A DNA stretch of 64,000 nucleotides from an uncultured delta proteobacterium (GTDB taxonomy: Bacteria > Desulfobacterota > Binatia > UBA9968): NCBI GenBank assembly GCA_963771465.1, contig CAVYTU010000015.1:640001-704000 (forward strand), read 5' to 3'. Under the pieces are notes generated by a model. It was given only the letters and a program-made list of their open reading frames with translations, was not told the DNA's origin and did no database searches. The translations under genes were made by a program, and so were the position numbers. Of this stretch, positions 43,691 to 53,621 are shown one piece after another (the first letter of the stretch is position 1; the number at the start of each line of letters is the position of its first letter).

Positions 43691-43762
43691 AATTGATTAA
43701 CTCATCCGGTCGTAGACGTATCGACAACGGTCATCGATCCGCACTGACGTTTGCTTTTGAGG

Positions 43763-45682
43763 TTATCGTCCGACGCCGACTCGTTTGCGTAGTTCGGCGC
43801 GCGCTCGTTCGATATCAGCGGAGAGACGTTGCTGCAGTTGTTTGCTCTCATCTTTCGGCCCGCTGGCGGGCGTCTGCTGGCCAGGCGCGACAGCGCTAGA
43901 CTCGCCTACCGATGACATCGGTGTCAATACCGGTATCGCTTCCGCTGGCGGCTTCATACCGCCCAGTCCAGCGTTAACGCCAATGGGGCTTGGCGGCCGG
44001 CTCGCCACGGCCGCTGTCGCCGCGCTTTTTTGTGCGTTCAACTGAGTAAGATGCTGCACCTGATTCTTGAGTTCGGCGATCTCCGCGCCGCGGGCATCGA
44101 GCATGGCCAATTTATGACTCAACTGATTCTGCACTTCAGAGATTTGCCCGCGCAGTTCGGCGCCCAAGCCTTCGATCATCGAGTCCCGTTCTTGCCTTTG
44201 GCTTACCTGGTCTTGCAGCACGCTAAGCTCGCCCATCATGTGCTCGCGTAGCTGCCCGGCCTGCGCCGCCTCATTGACCATTAGCGCGTGACTTTGCTGG
44301 GCATCGGCCTCGGCCTGAACCAGGCGTTGGACGACCATCTGCATTTCGCCGCGCAATCCGTCCAACAGCGCGTCGCGACCATGGCGATCCTGTCGCTCAC
44401 TAGCGAGATATTCGCGCAGCTCCTCGATTTTTCCACCGAGCGACGTCTCGATTTCTTGGACCCACTGCGTCGCTGGCTGTTGTTGGGTCAATTCCATCTG
44501 CGCTACGCGGTTTAGCAACGTGTTGAGTTCGAGTTGTACCTGGCCGAGGCCGCCGTCAGTTTTTTCCATTTGGGCCAGCTTTAGGCTGAGGCGATTTTCG
44601 CCGTCACGGAGATGAGCCGAGATGAGCGCTTCAATCTTTTCGACCCACGCTGACTGATCCCATTGCCGCGCCACTGCGTCTTCGGCGCGGCTCGAAAGCG
44701 CTGCCAGGTTCGCGCTGAGCGCGGTGAGTCGCTGGGTGAGCGCGCCGACCTCGCCGTCGCGCCGCTCGACCGCGCCGAGCGCCCCGTGCAGTTGCTCTTG
44801 CAGCGCCGCGATTTGTTCACAGAGCGCGGCTTCAACTCGTTTAACCGCCGATTCATCCGCCTGTGGCGGAGTTGCTGGCGAGTCGAGCCGGGTCTTGAGC
44901 CCACTGATTTCCGCTTTTAGATCCGCCGCGGCTTGTAGCGTGGTTTGCTCTAGCCGCGCATAGCGGCCGGCCAACTCCGTCAGCTCCTTGCCGGAGTTTG
45001 CGCTCCGTCTAATCTCACCGCGCAATTCGTCGATCTTGCTTTGTAGTTTTTCCTCGTCCACGTAGGAGAAATTTTCCGCCGGCCGTGAATTCGCCAGCTC
45101 ATCGAGAAGCTCTGCTTTGAGCTTGGCCAATTCATTTTGCATCGACCGTTGGACAAGTTCTTCCACGGGTTGACGCTCGATCGCGGCCTGCGCCTGGTGA
45201 GTCGAGAACTCCGCGCGCGCAACCCGGTCCGCCAGCAAATTGAGGTCCAGTTTGAGATCGCCAAGCGCGCCGCTGGCAGCGTTTTGCGACTGCTTTTGAA
45301 TCTGCTCTTCGAATTCACCGAGCTTGACGCTGATCGCGGCGGCGAGCTGTTCGACGTTGACTTGGTCCACGCTAAACCGTTGTTGCCGCTCTCGGACTCG
45401 CTCGATTTCAGCCTTCAGAGCATCGACTTCCGCAGGATTCACCGCCGCGCCGCTGTTGCTGGTTTGCGTCAACTGGAGCTCGCGCATTTGACCGAGCAGG
45501 TTATCTTCAAGCCGTTTGATCTGCTCTTTGCGCTGGGACTCGCTCGCCGCCAGCGCCTGCGCCAGGCCGAGATCCGCCGCGGCTCGGCCAACCAGCCAGC
45601 CATATAAAACATCCGTTCCGCCACCCGAGTTGCTTCCCTGACTGCCCAAAGGCTGGTCGTTCGATTCGTCAAACAGTCCCAC
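43763..45682 (-). CDS. Long coiled-coil protein of unknown function
   Basis: 639 aa, E/Q/L/A-rich heptads, no TM segment, Pro-rich linker before a short C-terminal helix. Confidence 0.8.
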   Translation of the reverse strand: MGLFDESNDQPLGSQGSNSGGGTDVLYGWLVGRAAADLGLAQALAASESQRKEQIKRLEDNLLGQMRELQLTQTSNSGAAVNPAEVDALKAEIERVRERQQRFSVDQVNVEQLAAAISVKLGEFEEQIQKQSQNAASGALGDLKLDLNLLADRVARAEFSTHQAQAAIERQPVEELVQRSMQNELAKLKAELLDELANSRPAENFSYVDEEKLQSKIDELRGEIRRSANSGKELTELAGRYARLEQTTLQAAADLKAEISGLKTRLDSPATPPQADESAVKRVEAALCEQIAALQEQLHGALGAVERRDGEVGALTQRLTALSANLAALSSRAEDAVARQWDQSAWVEKIEALISAHLRDGENRLSLKLAQMEKTDGGLGQVQLELNTLLNRVAQMELTQQQPATQWVQEIETSLGGKIEELREYLASERQDRHGRDALLDGLRGEMQMVVQRLVQAEADAQQSHALMVNEAAQAGQLREHMMGELSVLQDQVSQRQERDSMIEGLGAELRGQISEVQNQLSHKLAMLDARGAEIAELKNQVQHLTQLNAQKSAATAAVASRPPSPIGVNAGLGGMKPPAEAIPVLTPMSSVGESSAVAPGQQTPASGPKDESKQLQQRLSADIERARAELRKRVGVGR

Positions 45683-45755
45683 GGTTGTCGCTCCTTAGAT
45701 TGCGCAAAGTTATTACGCCACCGTACCCGCCGAGAGGATTCACCGGGCAAGCACA

Positions 45756-45771
45756 AGCCAAATATATGCCA
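45756..45771 (-). promoter_or_regulatory. Putative sigma54 (-24/-12) promoter for the coiled-coil/KaiC-like operon
   Basis: Minus strand TGGCATATATTTGGCT with correct GG-N10-GC spacing, ~75 bp upstream of the start. Confidence 0.5.
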
Positions 45772-46168
45772 CCTTCGCCGGAGATAAATTACCAACGAAA
45801 ATCAACCTCCATCAATCCTGCCTGAGTGCCGGGTAGCAAGGTCTGAGCGCAAATGGACAATTTGGCACCGATATGCGCGAGCGGGCGGAATCGGTGGGCA
45901 ATCCGCGACCGGTGCAATGGGAAATTGCGCGCGCTAATTTTCTAATTCGGACAACTTGGCGTCGCAATTCGGAGGATCGCCAGCCATTTTCCTGGCGATT
46001 GAATACCGTCAAAGGAGCATTGCTTCGATAACATCGCCGCTGTTTTTGGAAATTCGCCGTCATCTTTGGCACAGAAATTTGCGCAGCCTTGTACAGCTTT
46101 GTGATGCTTCGGCCGACCGAGTCAGCTATCGGGCGCACAAATAGCTGCAATTTCGCAGATTGCCTTAA

Positions 46169-46184
46169 TGGCAGTCATCTTGCT
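46169..46184 (+). promoter_or_regulatory. Putative sigma54 (-24/-12) promoter for the chemosensory operon
   Basis: TGGCAGTCATCTTGCT with correct GG-N10-GC spacing, ~110 bp upstream of the first gene. Confidence 0.6.
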
Positions 46185-46292
46185 TTCTGCTTACCGGTTG
46201 AAGCGCAGCTTTAGCCCGAGTCCTATCACCGTGTTCTTGATCGGCTCCTGCACACGGCTTGGCAAAATTTCGCAAGAAAGGAGGTCGCAACG

Positions 46293-46664
46293 ATGCCATC
46301 AAGAAGGATACTGCTAGTCGATGATTCTGAAACCATCCTCATGATGGAACAAATGATTCTCAAAAAAGATCACTACGAGATCGTCACCGCGAAGAACGGC
46401 AAGGACGGTGTCGCCAAAGCGCTCGCGACCAAGCCCGATCTCATTCTGATGGACGTCATGATGCCGGAGATGAACGGCTTCGAGGCGGTCAAGCAACTGC
46501 GCCAGCAAGCGGCTACGCGTTCGATTCCCATCGTCATGGTCACCACCCAGGCGGAAGCCGAAAGCATGGAAGCGGGCTACGAAAGCGGCTGCAATGATTA
46601 CGTCATAAAACCGATCGATCACCTCGAACTCGTGACCAAAGTTAGGAGCCTACTTGGCGACTAG
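46293..46664 (+). CDS. Single-domain response regulator (CheY-like)
   Basis: LLVDDS, LMDVMMPEMNG, VTT, KP. Confidence 0.92.
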   Translation: MPSRRILLVDDSETILMMEQMILKKDHYEIVTAKNGKDGVAKALATKPDLILMDVMMPEMNGFEAVKQLRQQAATRSIPIVMVTTQAEAESMEAGYESGCNDYVIKPIDHLELVTKVRSLLGD

Positions 46665-46706
46665 ACCGGATAGCAGTTGGCCGGGTATTTGAACCACGCG
46701 GCAACC

Positions 46707-47222
46707 ATGCATTCAAGCTCAAATAGTAACACGTTCGATGTAACCGTCGCCGCCGATACCGAGCTTCAGCGCCGCGCCAAGTATTATCTCCATCCAGGGC
46801 AGCTTTTCGTTTCCAAAGAAAACCACGAGGTGACGACGATTCTGGGTTCATGTGTCGCGGTATGCTTATGGGACGCCGGCGCCAAGATCGGCGGCATCAA
46901 CCACTATCTCCTGCCGAGCTTTGCTGGCGACGGAGTCGCGTCAGCGCGCTTCGGGGATACTTCCATCAGAGAATTGCTCTCCACGCTCATCGCCATGGGC
47001 TGCGACCGGCGCCGCTTTCAGGCAAAGCTTTTTGGCGGCGCCTGCGTTCTGGAAGCATTCCGGGTGCGAAAAAATCATCTCGGCGCGCAGAACGTGCGGA
47101 CCGCGCGTGAGTTACTCGCAGCCGAAGCTATTCCTGTGGTCGGCGAAAATGTCGGCGGCGACCGAGGCCGCAAATTGATTTTTGCTACCGGCGACGGTTC
47201 GGCGTGGGTTAAAGAGCTTTAA
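46707..47222 (+). CDS. cheD: Chemoreceptor glutamine deamidase CheD
   Basis: TILGSCVAVC, GGINHYLLP, AKLFGGA, VGGDRGRK. Confidence 0.93.
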   Translation: MHSSSNSNTFDVTVAADTELQRRAKYYLHPGQLFVSKENHEVTTILGSCVAVCLWDAGAKIGGINHYLLPSFAGDGVASARFGDTSIRELLSTLIAMGCDRRRFQAKLFGGACVLEAFRVRKNHLGAQNVRTARELLAAEAIPVVGENVGGDRGRKLIFATGDGSAWVKEL

Positions 47223-47233
47223 GGAAGCCGGGC

Positions 47234-48913
47234 ATGGAAATCGATATCGATCTTGAAGCGATCTTAAGAACCTTCTTAGCTGAGTCTGAAGAAGACCTCG
47301 GCAAGATGGAAGAGGCGCTGCTCGCCCTCGAAGCTGACCCGGAAAATCAAAAACTTCTCGACGCAATCTTTCGCGGCGCGCATACGCTCAAAGGCAACGC
47401 CGGCAGCTTGGGGTATCCGAAAGTCGGCGGGTTTGCCCACGTTTTTGAAGAAATGCTGCAGCGTTTTCGCAATCGCACACTGCCGGTCACCCAAGGGCGG
47501 ATTACGCTTTTGCTGCACGCCGTGGACGCGCTTCGGCAAATGATCCCCGAGGCCATTGGCGGTTCCGAAGAATTGCAAGCGGAACATGTCGAGCTACTGC
47601 ATCAACTCGCCAATGGCAATCCCACCGCGAAGGATTCCGACGGGAAATCGGCTTCGGTAGCGAGCAGCGAACGCAAAAGGCCGTACGGACGGCGTCAAGA
47701 AGACGTCCAAGCCTGGTCCGAGCGCGCCGACACGGTGCGCGTCGATATCGGCAAACTAAACCACATGCTCAATCTCGCCGGCGAGATCGCCGTCGCCCAC
47801 GGTAGATTGCACCAAGTGTTGGAAACCAACCAGCAACCATCAGCGCCAGCGCTCGAAGCGCATGAGCAACTGGAGCGTCTTTCCCTGGATCTTCAAGAAC
47901 AAATCATGAGAGTGCGCATGGTGCCGGTGGGACCGATTTTTCGCCAGTATTTGCGCATCGTCCGTGACACGGCGCAGGCCAATGGCAAAACCGCCCGCTT
48001 GCTGCTCGAAGGCGAAGACGTCGAAATCGATCTGAGCATGGTCGAGCACTTGAAAGATCCGCTCACCCATATGATTCGTAACGCCTTGGATCACGGCATC
48101 GAAGCTCCGGAAAGTCGCCGCGCCAAGGGCAAGGATCTCTGCGGCGTGATCACGATCAGAGCGCGTCATGACGGCGCCAATATCCTCATCGAAGTCAGTG
48201 ACGACGGCAACGGATTGAACCGTCAGCGCATTGCCGAACGGGTGCGAGCGAGCGGCGCTGCCAGCGATCCCGACTCGCTCTCCAATCACGAGCTTTTCAA
48301 ATTTGTTTTCGAACCGGGCTTTTCGACGGCTGAGAAAGTGACCGACCTTTCCGGCCGGGGCGTCGGCATGGACGTGGTCAAACGAAACATCGAAGCGCTG
48401 CGCGGCGCCGTCACCATCGACAGCCGCCAAGGTCAGGGAACGACGATCACGGTCCGCTTGCCTCTCACTCTCGCCATTATCGAAGGATTTGGCGTCGGAG
48501 TCGGCAACGACACCTACATTCTGCCACTTCATTCGGTGCGGGAGTGCTTAACTCTATCGCCGGCGGAACAGCACAATCGCGATGGTTGCGGCGTGATCAA
48601 TTTGCGCGGTCTGCCGGTACCTTACTTACGACTGCGCGACTGGTACGGCTTGGCCGGGGAACGCCCAACGCGCGAAAGCGTGGTCATCGTCGAAGAAAAT
48701 GGCATGCAGGCTGGCATCGCCGTTGACCGTCTCTTCGGCGCGCACCAGACCGTGATAAAGCCTCTCGGTGCGCAATTCAAGGAAATCCCCGGCATCGCCG
48801 GCTCGGCGATCCTCGGCAGCGGCCGCGTCGCGCTGATCGTCGACGTCGCCTCGCTCATGCGCGACGCGGTGTACGCGCGGACGGCGGAATTAAACGGCGT
48901 CAAGGAACTTTAG
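47234..48913 (+). CDS. cheA: Chemotaxis histidine kinase CheA (Hpt-dimerisation-HATPase-CheW, apparently no P2)
   Basis: FRGAHTLKG, HMIRNALDHGIE, GFSTAEKVTDLSGRGVGMDVV, LPLTLAI. Confidence 0.96.
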   Translation: MEIDIDLEAILRTFLAESEEDLGKMEEALLALEADPENQKLLDAIFRGAHTLKGNAGSLGYPKVGGFAHVFEEMLQRFRNRTLPVTQGRITLLLHAVDALRQMIPEAIGGSEELQAEHVELLHQLANGNPTAKDSDGKSASVASSERKRPYGRRQEDVQAWSERADTVRVDIGKLNHMLNLAGEIAVAHGRLHQVLETNQQPSAPALEAHEQLERLSLDLQEQIMRVRMVPVGPIFRQYLRIVRDTAQANGKTARLLLEGEDVEIDLSMVEHLKDPLTHMIRNALDHGIEAPESRRAKGKDLCGVITIRARHDGANILIEVSDDGNGLNRQRIAERVRASGAASDPDSLSNHELFKFVFEPGFSTAEKVTDLSGRGVGMDVVKRNIEALRGAVTIDSRQGQGTTITVRLPLTLAIIEGFGVGVGNDTYILPLHSVRECLTLSPAEQHNRDGCGVINLRGLPVPYLRLRDWYGLAGERPTRESVVIVEENGMQAGIAVDRLFGAHQTVIKPLGAQFKEIPGIAGSAILGSGRVALIVDVASLMRDAVYARTAELNGVKEL

Positions 48914-49085
48914 CAACGGCACCCAAAGTAAGCGACCGACTCGAGTCTCGATCAAATGAACACACACACTTCGCTCTCAAAGAATCCTGGGAATAGCCGT
49001 CAGATGGATCAAGTCACCCAGAGTAACGCTTCACGAGGCTCGCGATTTTTTTCCCTTCGTCGCAGAACTGCGGCGGGCCTGGACC

Positions 49086-49646
49086 ATGAGTTCAAAAAAC
49101 ATTTCGCTTAAGGAGGCTGCCGTGACCAATACTCAGAGCAGCGATCAAACTCAATATCTAACCTTTCACATGGCCGGCGAGGAGTACGCCGTCGGCATTC
49201 TCAAAGTCAAAGAAATCATCGAGTACGGCCCGCTCACGCGGGTGCCGCAGACTCCGGATTCGGTCAGGGGCGTCATCAACTTGCGCGGCAACGTCGTGCC
49301 GGTCGTCGATCTGGCGACTAAATTTGGCATGCCCCAGTCGCCGCTCACCAACCGTACGTGCATCGTCATCGTCGAAGTCGATCTCGACGGCGAGCACAGC
49401 GTCATGGGCGTGATTGCCGACTCCGTGAGTCAGGTCATCGATTTGCCGCCATCGGAGATACTACCGGCGCCGGCCTTCGGCACCAAGCTCAAAGTCGATT
49501 TCCTCAACGGCATGGGTAAGTCGGGAAACAAATTCGTGCTCATTCTGGATATCGAAAAAGTCCTGTCCGGCGAGCAATTGAAGAGCACCCCTGCACTCAA
49601 TTATGGCGAGCCGGCAATGGTTTCGGCAGAGGAGTTAGCCCAATAG
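49086..49646 (+). CDS. cheW: Chemotaxis adaptor CheW
   Basis: QYLTF, VKEII, GVINLRGNVVPVVDL. Confidence 0.95.
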   Translation: MSSKNISLKEAAVTNTQSSDQTQYLTFHMAGEEYAVGILKVKEIIEYGPLTRVPQTPDSVRGVINLRGNVVPVVDLATKFGMPQSPLTNRTCIVIVEVDLDGEHSVMGVIADSVSQVIDLPPSEILPAPAFGTKLKVDFLNGMGKSGNKFVLILDIEKVLSGEQLKSTPALNYGEPAMVSAEELAQ

Positions 49647-49669
49647 GAATCTTTCCGAATCAAGGGTCG

Positions 49670-49698
49670 GACCAACGCAGGTGAGCGCGTTGGTCTTT
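49670..49698 (+). terminator. Intra-operon hairpin after cheW
   Basis: GACCAACGC-N8-GCGTTGGTC followed by TTT. Confidence 0.45.
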
Positions 49699-49741
49699 AG
49701 CGGAATCGAGCATGCGTGTCTCGGAAACGTGAGGTGAAACT

Positions 49742-51049
49742 ATGTTGCGAACACTCTCTAGAGCGATAACGTCAAAAGCAAAATTCTATTTGCTCGCAGG
49801 CTTCTTCCTGACCGGCTACATCCTAACCGCGCTGTTCGCGTATCTCGCACTCGGTCCGGCGGGATTTGCGGCGCTTTCCTCGGCCTTCACTATAGGTGTT
49901 GTGTTCGCCGCGATTGGCAGTTTTTTTTCTTGGTATTTCGCCGACGGCCTCAGCCGGCCATTGATCAATTTCGCCAACCGCCTTGAAAGCCTCAACCACG
50001 GTGACGCCGGCCTTTTGAAGTGGGTCAAAGCGACCGACCGGAATGATGAGCTCGGCGCGGTGGCGCGGGCATTTAACGGCTTCGCCGACCGGCTTTCGCT
50101 GATCGTCGGCGAGGTTCTGGAATCCGCCCGTAACTTATCGACGGCCGCTGCGCAGATTTCCGTCTCAGCACAAACCTTGAGCCTCGGTACGGGTGAGCAG
50201 GCCGCATGTCTTCAAGAAACCAGTTCGAGTCTGGAAGAAATCAACTCATCGATTGGCCAAAACGCGGAAAACTCCAAACACATGGAGCGCATGGCGCTTG
50301 CGGGTAGTCATGGCGCTGACGAGAGCGGCCAGGCGGTAGCTCAATCCGTCGCCGCCATGAGACTGATTGCGGAAAAAAACACCATCATCGAAGAGATCGC
50401 CTACCAGACCAACTTACTGGCGCTTAATGCCGCGATCGAAGCTGCGCGCGCGGGCGAACATGGGAAAGGCTTTGCTGTCGTCGCCAACGAAGTCAGAAAG
50501 TTAGCGGAACGTAGCCAGGCTGCCGCCAAAGAGATCGGCACCATAACTTCCACTAGCGTGAAAGTCACAGAGCGATCCGGGGAATTGCTTAAAGAATTAT
50601 TACCGGCGATTAAGAAAACCGCCGAGTTGGTTCAGGAAGTATCGGTCGCCTCACGACAACAAGCGCAGAGTGTTTCCCAGGTGAATCGCGCCATGGCGCA
50701 GGTCGATCACGTGGCGCAGAGCAATTCTGCGGCAGCAGAAGAATTAAGCGCCACTGCGGATCAAATGGCCCATCAAGCCCAGCAGCTTGAGTGGCTTATG
50801 GACTTTTTCAAGGGCAAGGACGGCGCGGCGCGCGATCAAGGTCAAAAGTCGCAGCCATTCCAAGCCATGAATTTTTCGACACCCAAGGGGGATACGGCGG
50901 CGTCAACGGCACGCTCGATGCGAAAAACGAGTTCCTCACTTGCAGCTGGACCGAATTCCGCGGTGCGAAATGGCCGTGCCGACACCTCTGTGCCGCGCCG
51001 GGACGGGTTCGTGCGATTTGACGAAGACAGTCATCGGCGCGAGCGGTAG
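49742..51049 (+). CDS. Methyl-accepting chemotaxis protein without a periplasmic sensor domain
   Basis: Two closely spaced TMs, [34 protein letters not shown]. Confidence 0.93.
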   Translation: MLRTLSRAITSKAKFYLLAGFFLTGYILTALFAYLALGPAGFAALSSAFTIGVVFAAIGSFFSWYFADGLSRPLINFANRLESLNHGDAGLLKWVKATDRNDELGAVARAFNGFADRLSLIVGEVLESARNLSTAAAQISVSAQTLSLGTGEQAACLQETSSSLEEINSSIGQNAENSKHMERMALAGSHGADESGQAVAQSVAAMRLIAEKNTIIEEIAYQTNLLALNAAIEAARAGEHGKGFAVVANEVRKLAERSQAAAKEIGTITSTSVKVTERSGELLKELLPAIKKTAELVQEVSVASRQQAQSVSQVNRAMAQVDHVAQSNSAAAEELSATADQMAHQAQQLEWLMDFFKGKDGAARDQGQKSQPFQAMNFSTPKGDTAASTARSMRKTSSSLAAGPNSAVRNGRADTSVPRRDGFVRFDEDSHRRER

Positions 51050-51116
51050 ATCCATAGTGATCAAATGGAGGCGCTTCGTTGTCACGAGAATCATTTTGCC
51101 ACCAAAGGAGCGGGTC

Positions 51117-52757
51117 ATGAAGTTATGGCGAGAAAGTCTCAAATTTAAAGTTGCCGCAGCCATCGCCGCAATGCTGGTTTTGGTTTTGGGCGTCGGCACC
51201 TGGATCAATCTTTCACTATTCAGCGACGAGTACCTCGCTTGGTCGCAAGCGCGCGCCGAGGTGGTGGCAAAACCGCTGATTCAACGCATTCACGACTTAC
51301 TCTCCCAGGTCGGCGACAACCCGTCAGCGTTCATCGTGCTCAGCGGCGATATCCACTTACTGATGAAGGAAAACCCAGAAGTCTCCCGGGTGGCGATCTT
51401 CGATCGCAGCGGCAAGTTAGCAACCGACAGCGACAAAGACGCAAACAAAAACCTCGACGCTAACGCGCGTATTCAACGAATCATCGAAACTAAACCGCAC
51501 GGCAGCGTGACGCTGGCCGTCGGCGGCAATTACTACGCGCTGATACCGATCAAACATGACAAAACGACGCTCTATGCGGCGCTGCTGTCGCGTGGCGAGA
51601 TCGTCAAGGCCGCCAGTGCGCGAGTGGGCCGAACTTTTTTCCTGCTCGCCGTCGCTTCCATCGTCCTTTCCGGCATCGGCGTGTATTTGGTCATTCAACA
51701 TTGGGTTTCCAATCCCCTGCAAAATCTTCGCGCGCTCGCCGCCGCCGTGGCCCAAGGGGATTTAACCCAAGCGCCTGGGAACGCCAATGACGACGAAATC
51801 GGCGAGCTTGCCAAAGCCTTCACCAAAATGGTCGAAGGGTTGCGCGGCCTTACCTATCAAGTTAAGCGCGCCGCAGAAAATATGGTTGCGGCGTCCAGCC
51901 AGGTTTCTGCCTCGGCGCAGACCTTGTCGCGCGGCACCAGTGAGCAAGCCGCATCGGTCGAAGAAACCACATCCAGCCTAGAGCAGATGAACGCGTCGAT
52001 AGCACAGAACGCGGAGAACTCCAGACAGATGGAAAACATGGCGAACCAAGGCGCCCATGAAATGACCCAGTGTAGCCAGGTCGTTGGCGAGTCGGTGGAC
52101 GCCATGAAATCCATCGCCGAGAAAATCTCGATCGTCGAAGAGATCGCCTATCAGACCAACCTTCTCGCCTTGAATGCCGCCATCGAAGCCGCCCGCGCCG
52201 GCGAGCATGGCAAGGGTTTCGCCGTGGTCGCCACGGAGGTGAGAAAGCTCGCCGAGCGCAGCCAAGTAGCGGCACAAGAAATCGGCTCTTTGGCGGCGAC
52301 GAGCGTCACCACCGCCCAACGCTCCGGCGACGCTCTCAAAGCGCTCGTGCCAACGATTAGAAAAACCGCCGAGTTGGTTCAGGAAGTCGCCACCGCTTCC
52401 AGAGAACAGTCCACCGGCGTGTCTCAGGTCAATCGTGCCATGAGCCAAGTGGATCAGGTGACCCAAGCCAATGCCGCAGCGGCCGAAGAGCTGTCGGCCA
52501 CTGCCGAGCATATGGACGGACAAGCGACGGATCTCCAGGAGATCGTCAACCGCTTCCACCTGGACGGAATGAAACTTGCTCAAAGTGACGACGGGGCTTA
52601 CGCGCCTGCGGGCCGGCGCAATGAAGATGCACGTAACGGCGCAGAATTACCTCGATCGACCAAGGACGGCTTCATGTCCAGAGCCGAGCCCGGTAGGTCA
52701 GTCGTACCATTCGGCGCACATAAGGTAACAAGCTTGGACGAAGTGGAGGAATTATGA
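51117..52757 (+). CDS. Methyl-accepting chemotaxis protein (TM-periplasmic-TM-HAMP-MA)
   Basis: AAGGAG RBS before ATG 51117; MCP signalling signature. Confidence 0.93.
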   Translation: MKLWRESLKFKVAAAIAAMLVLVLGVGTWINLSLFSDEYLAWSQARAEVVAKPLIQRIHDLLSQVGDNPSAFIVLSGDIHLLMKENPEVSRVAIFDRSGKLATDSDKDANKNLDANARIQRIIETKPHGSVTLAVGGNYYALIPIKHDKTTLYAALLSRGEIVKAASARVGRTFFLLAVASIVLSGIGVYLVIQHWVSNPLQNLRALAAAVAQGDLTQAPGNANDDEIGELAKAFTKMVEGLRGLTYQVKRAAENMVAASSQVSASAQTLSRGTSEQAASVEETTSSLEQMNASIAQNAENSRQMENMANQGAHEMTQCSQVVGESVDAMKSIAEKISIVEEIAYQTNLLALNAAIEAARAGEHGKGFAVVATEVRKLAERSQVAAQEIGSLAATSVTTAQRSGDALKALVPTIRKTAELVQEVATASREQSTGVSQVNRAMSQVDQVTQANAAAAEELSATAEHMDGQATDLQEIVNRFHLDGMKLAQSDDGAYAPAGRRNEDARNGAELPRSTKDGFMSRAEPGRSVVPFGAHKVTSLDEVEEL

Positions 52758-53584
52758 ACCGATTAGAAAAAACCTGTGCGGTGGCGATTACCACCGCTAT
52801 TTTGGCGCTGATTTTGAGCGTCGCCTTGACCTCGGCTGAGGAGAAAATCGTCGTCGGCGGCTCGGGCTCGCTGACCGATGAGATCATCGACGCCGCCAAA
52901 GCGTACATGGCGAAAAATCCTGGCGACAATGTCGAAGTGCGGCCGGAGAGCATGAGCACCACCGGCGGCATTGAGGGAGTCCAAAACGGCCGCTTCGCCA
53001 TCGGTCTGATCTCGCGCCGCCTCAACGACGGTGAAAAAAGCAAGCTCGTGTACCGCGCCATTGCCCGCTCCATGGCCGGAGTAGTGATCCATAAAACGAT
53101 GCCGATCAACGCTCTTAGCGACGTCCATATCTGCGAAACTTTCAGCGGTAAAATCAAATCGTGGAAAGAAATCGGTGGCAGCGACGGCAAAATCACCGTG
53201 CTCACACGCACACGCGACGATAACAACACGGACACCTTCCGCAAAAGTATGGAGTGCTTCAAAGAGCTGAAACTCACCCCCGAGGCGTTGGGCCTGGCGC
53301 GCGGCAACGAGCTCTTGGACGCTCTCGACAATCGCCCGGGAACGATCGGCATCACCAATCTGGGTTCAAACTTCAGGGACCACAAAAACATTAAAGCTGT
53401 CGCGGTGAACGGTGTGTCGCCGTCCGGCGAAAACGTCAAGAGCGAGAAATACAAATTTTACCACGAGCATGGCGCCATCACGCTGGGCGAGCCGCAGGGT
53501 TTGGTCAAACGATTTCTTGAATTCATCAACACACCGGAAGGACAAAAGGTCATCGCCTCGCGAGGAGCATTCGGACTGCGATAG
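52754..53584 (+). CDS. PstS-like (PBP type 2) periplasmic substrate-binding protein
   Basis: Signal peptide, [45 protein letters not shown]. Confidence 0.85.
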   Translation: MNRLEKTCAVAITTAILALILSVALTSAEEKIVVGGSGSLTDEIIDAAKAYMAKNPGDNVEVRPESMSTTGGIEGVQNGRFAIGLISRRLNDGEKSKLVYRAIARSMAGVVIHKTMPINALSDVHICETFSGKIKSWKEIGGSDGKITVLTRTRDDNNTDTFRKSMECFKELKLTPEALGLARGNELLDALDNRPGTIGITNLGSNFRDHKNIKAVAVNGVSPSGENVKSEKYKFYHEHGAITLGEPQGLVKRFLEFINTPEGQKVIASRGAFGLR

Positions 53585-53621
53585 CTAACGGCCGAAAAAT
53601 TACTTTGACCATGAGAATTCA

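Noticed and set aside
45861-46083. Additional TGGCAC sigma54-like motifs near 45863 and 46067
   Set aside because: GG-to-GC spacing is off by one base
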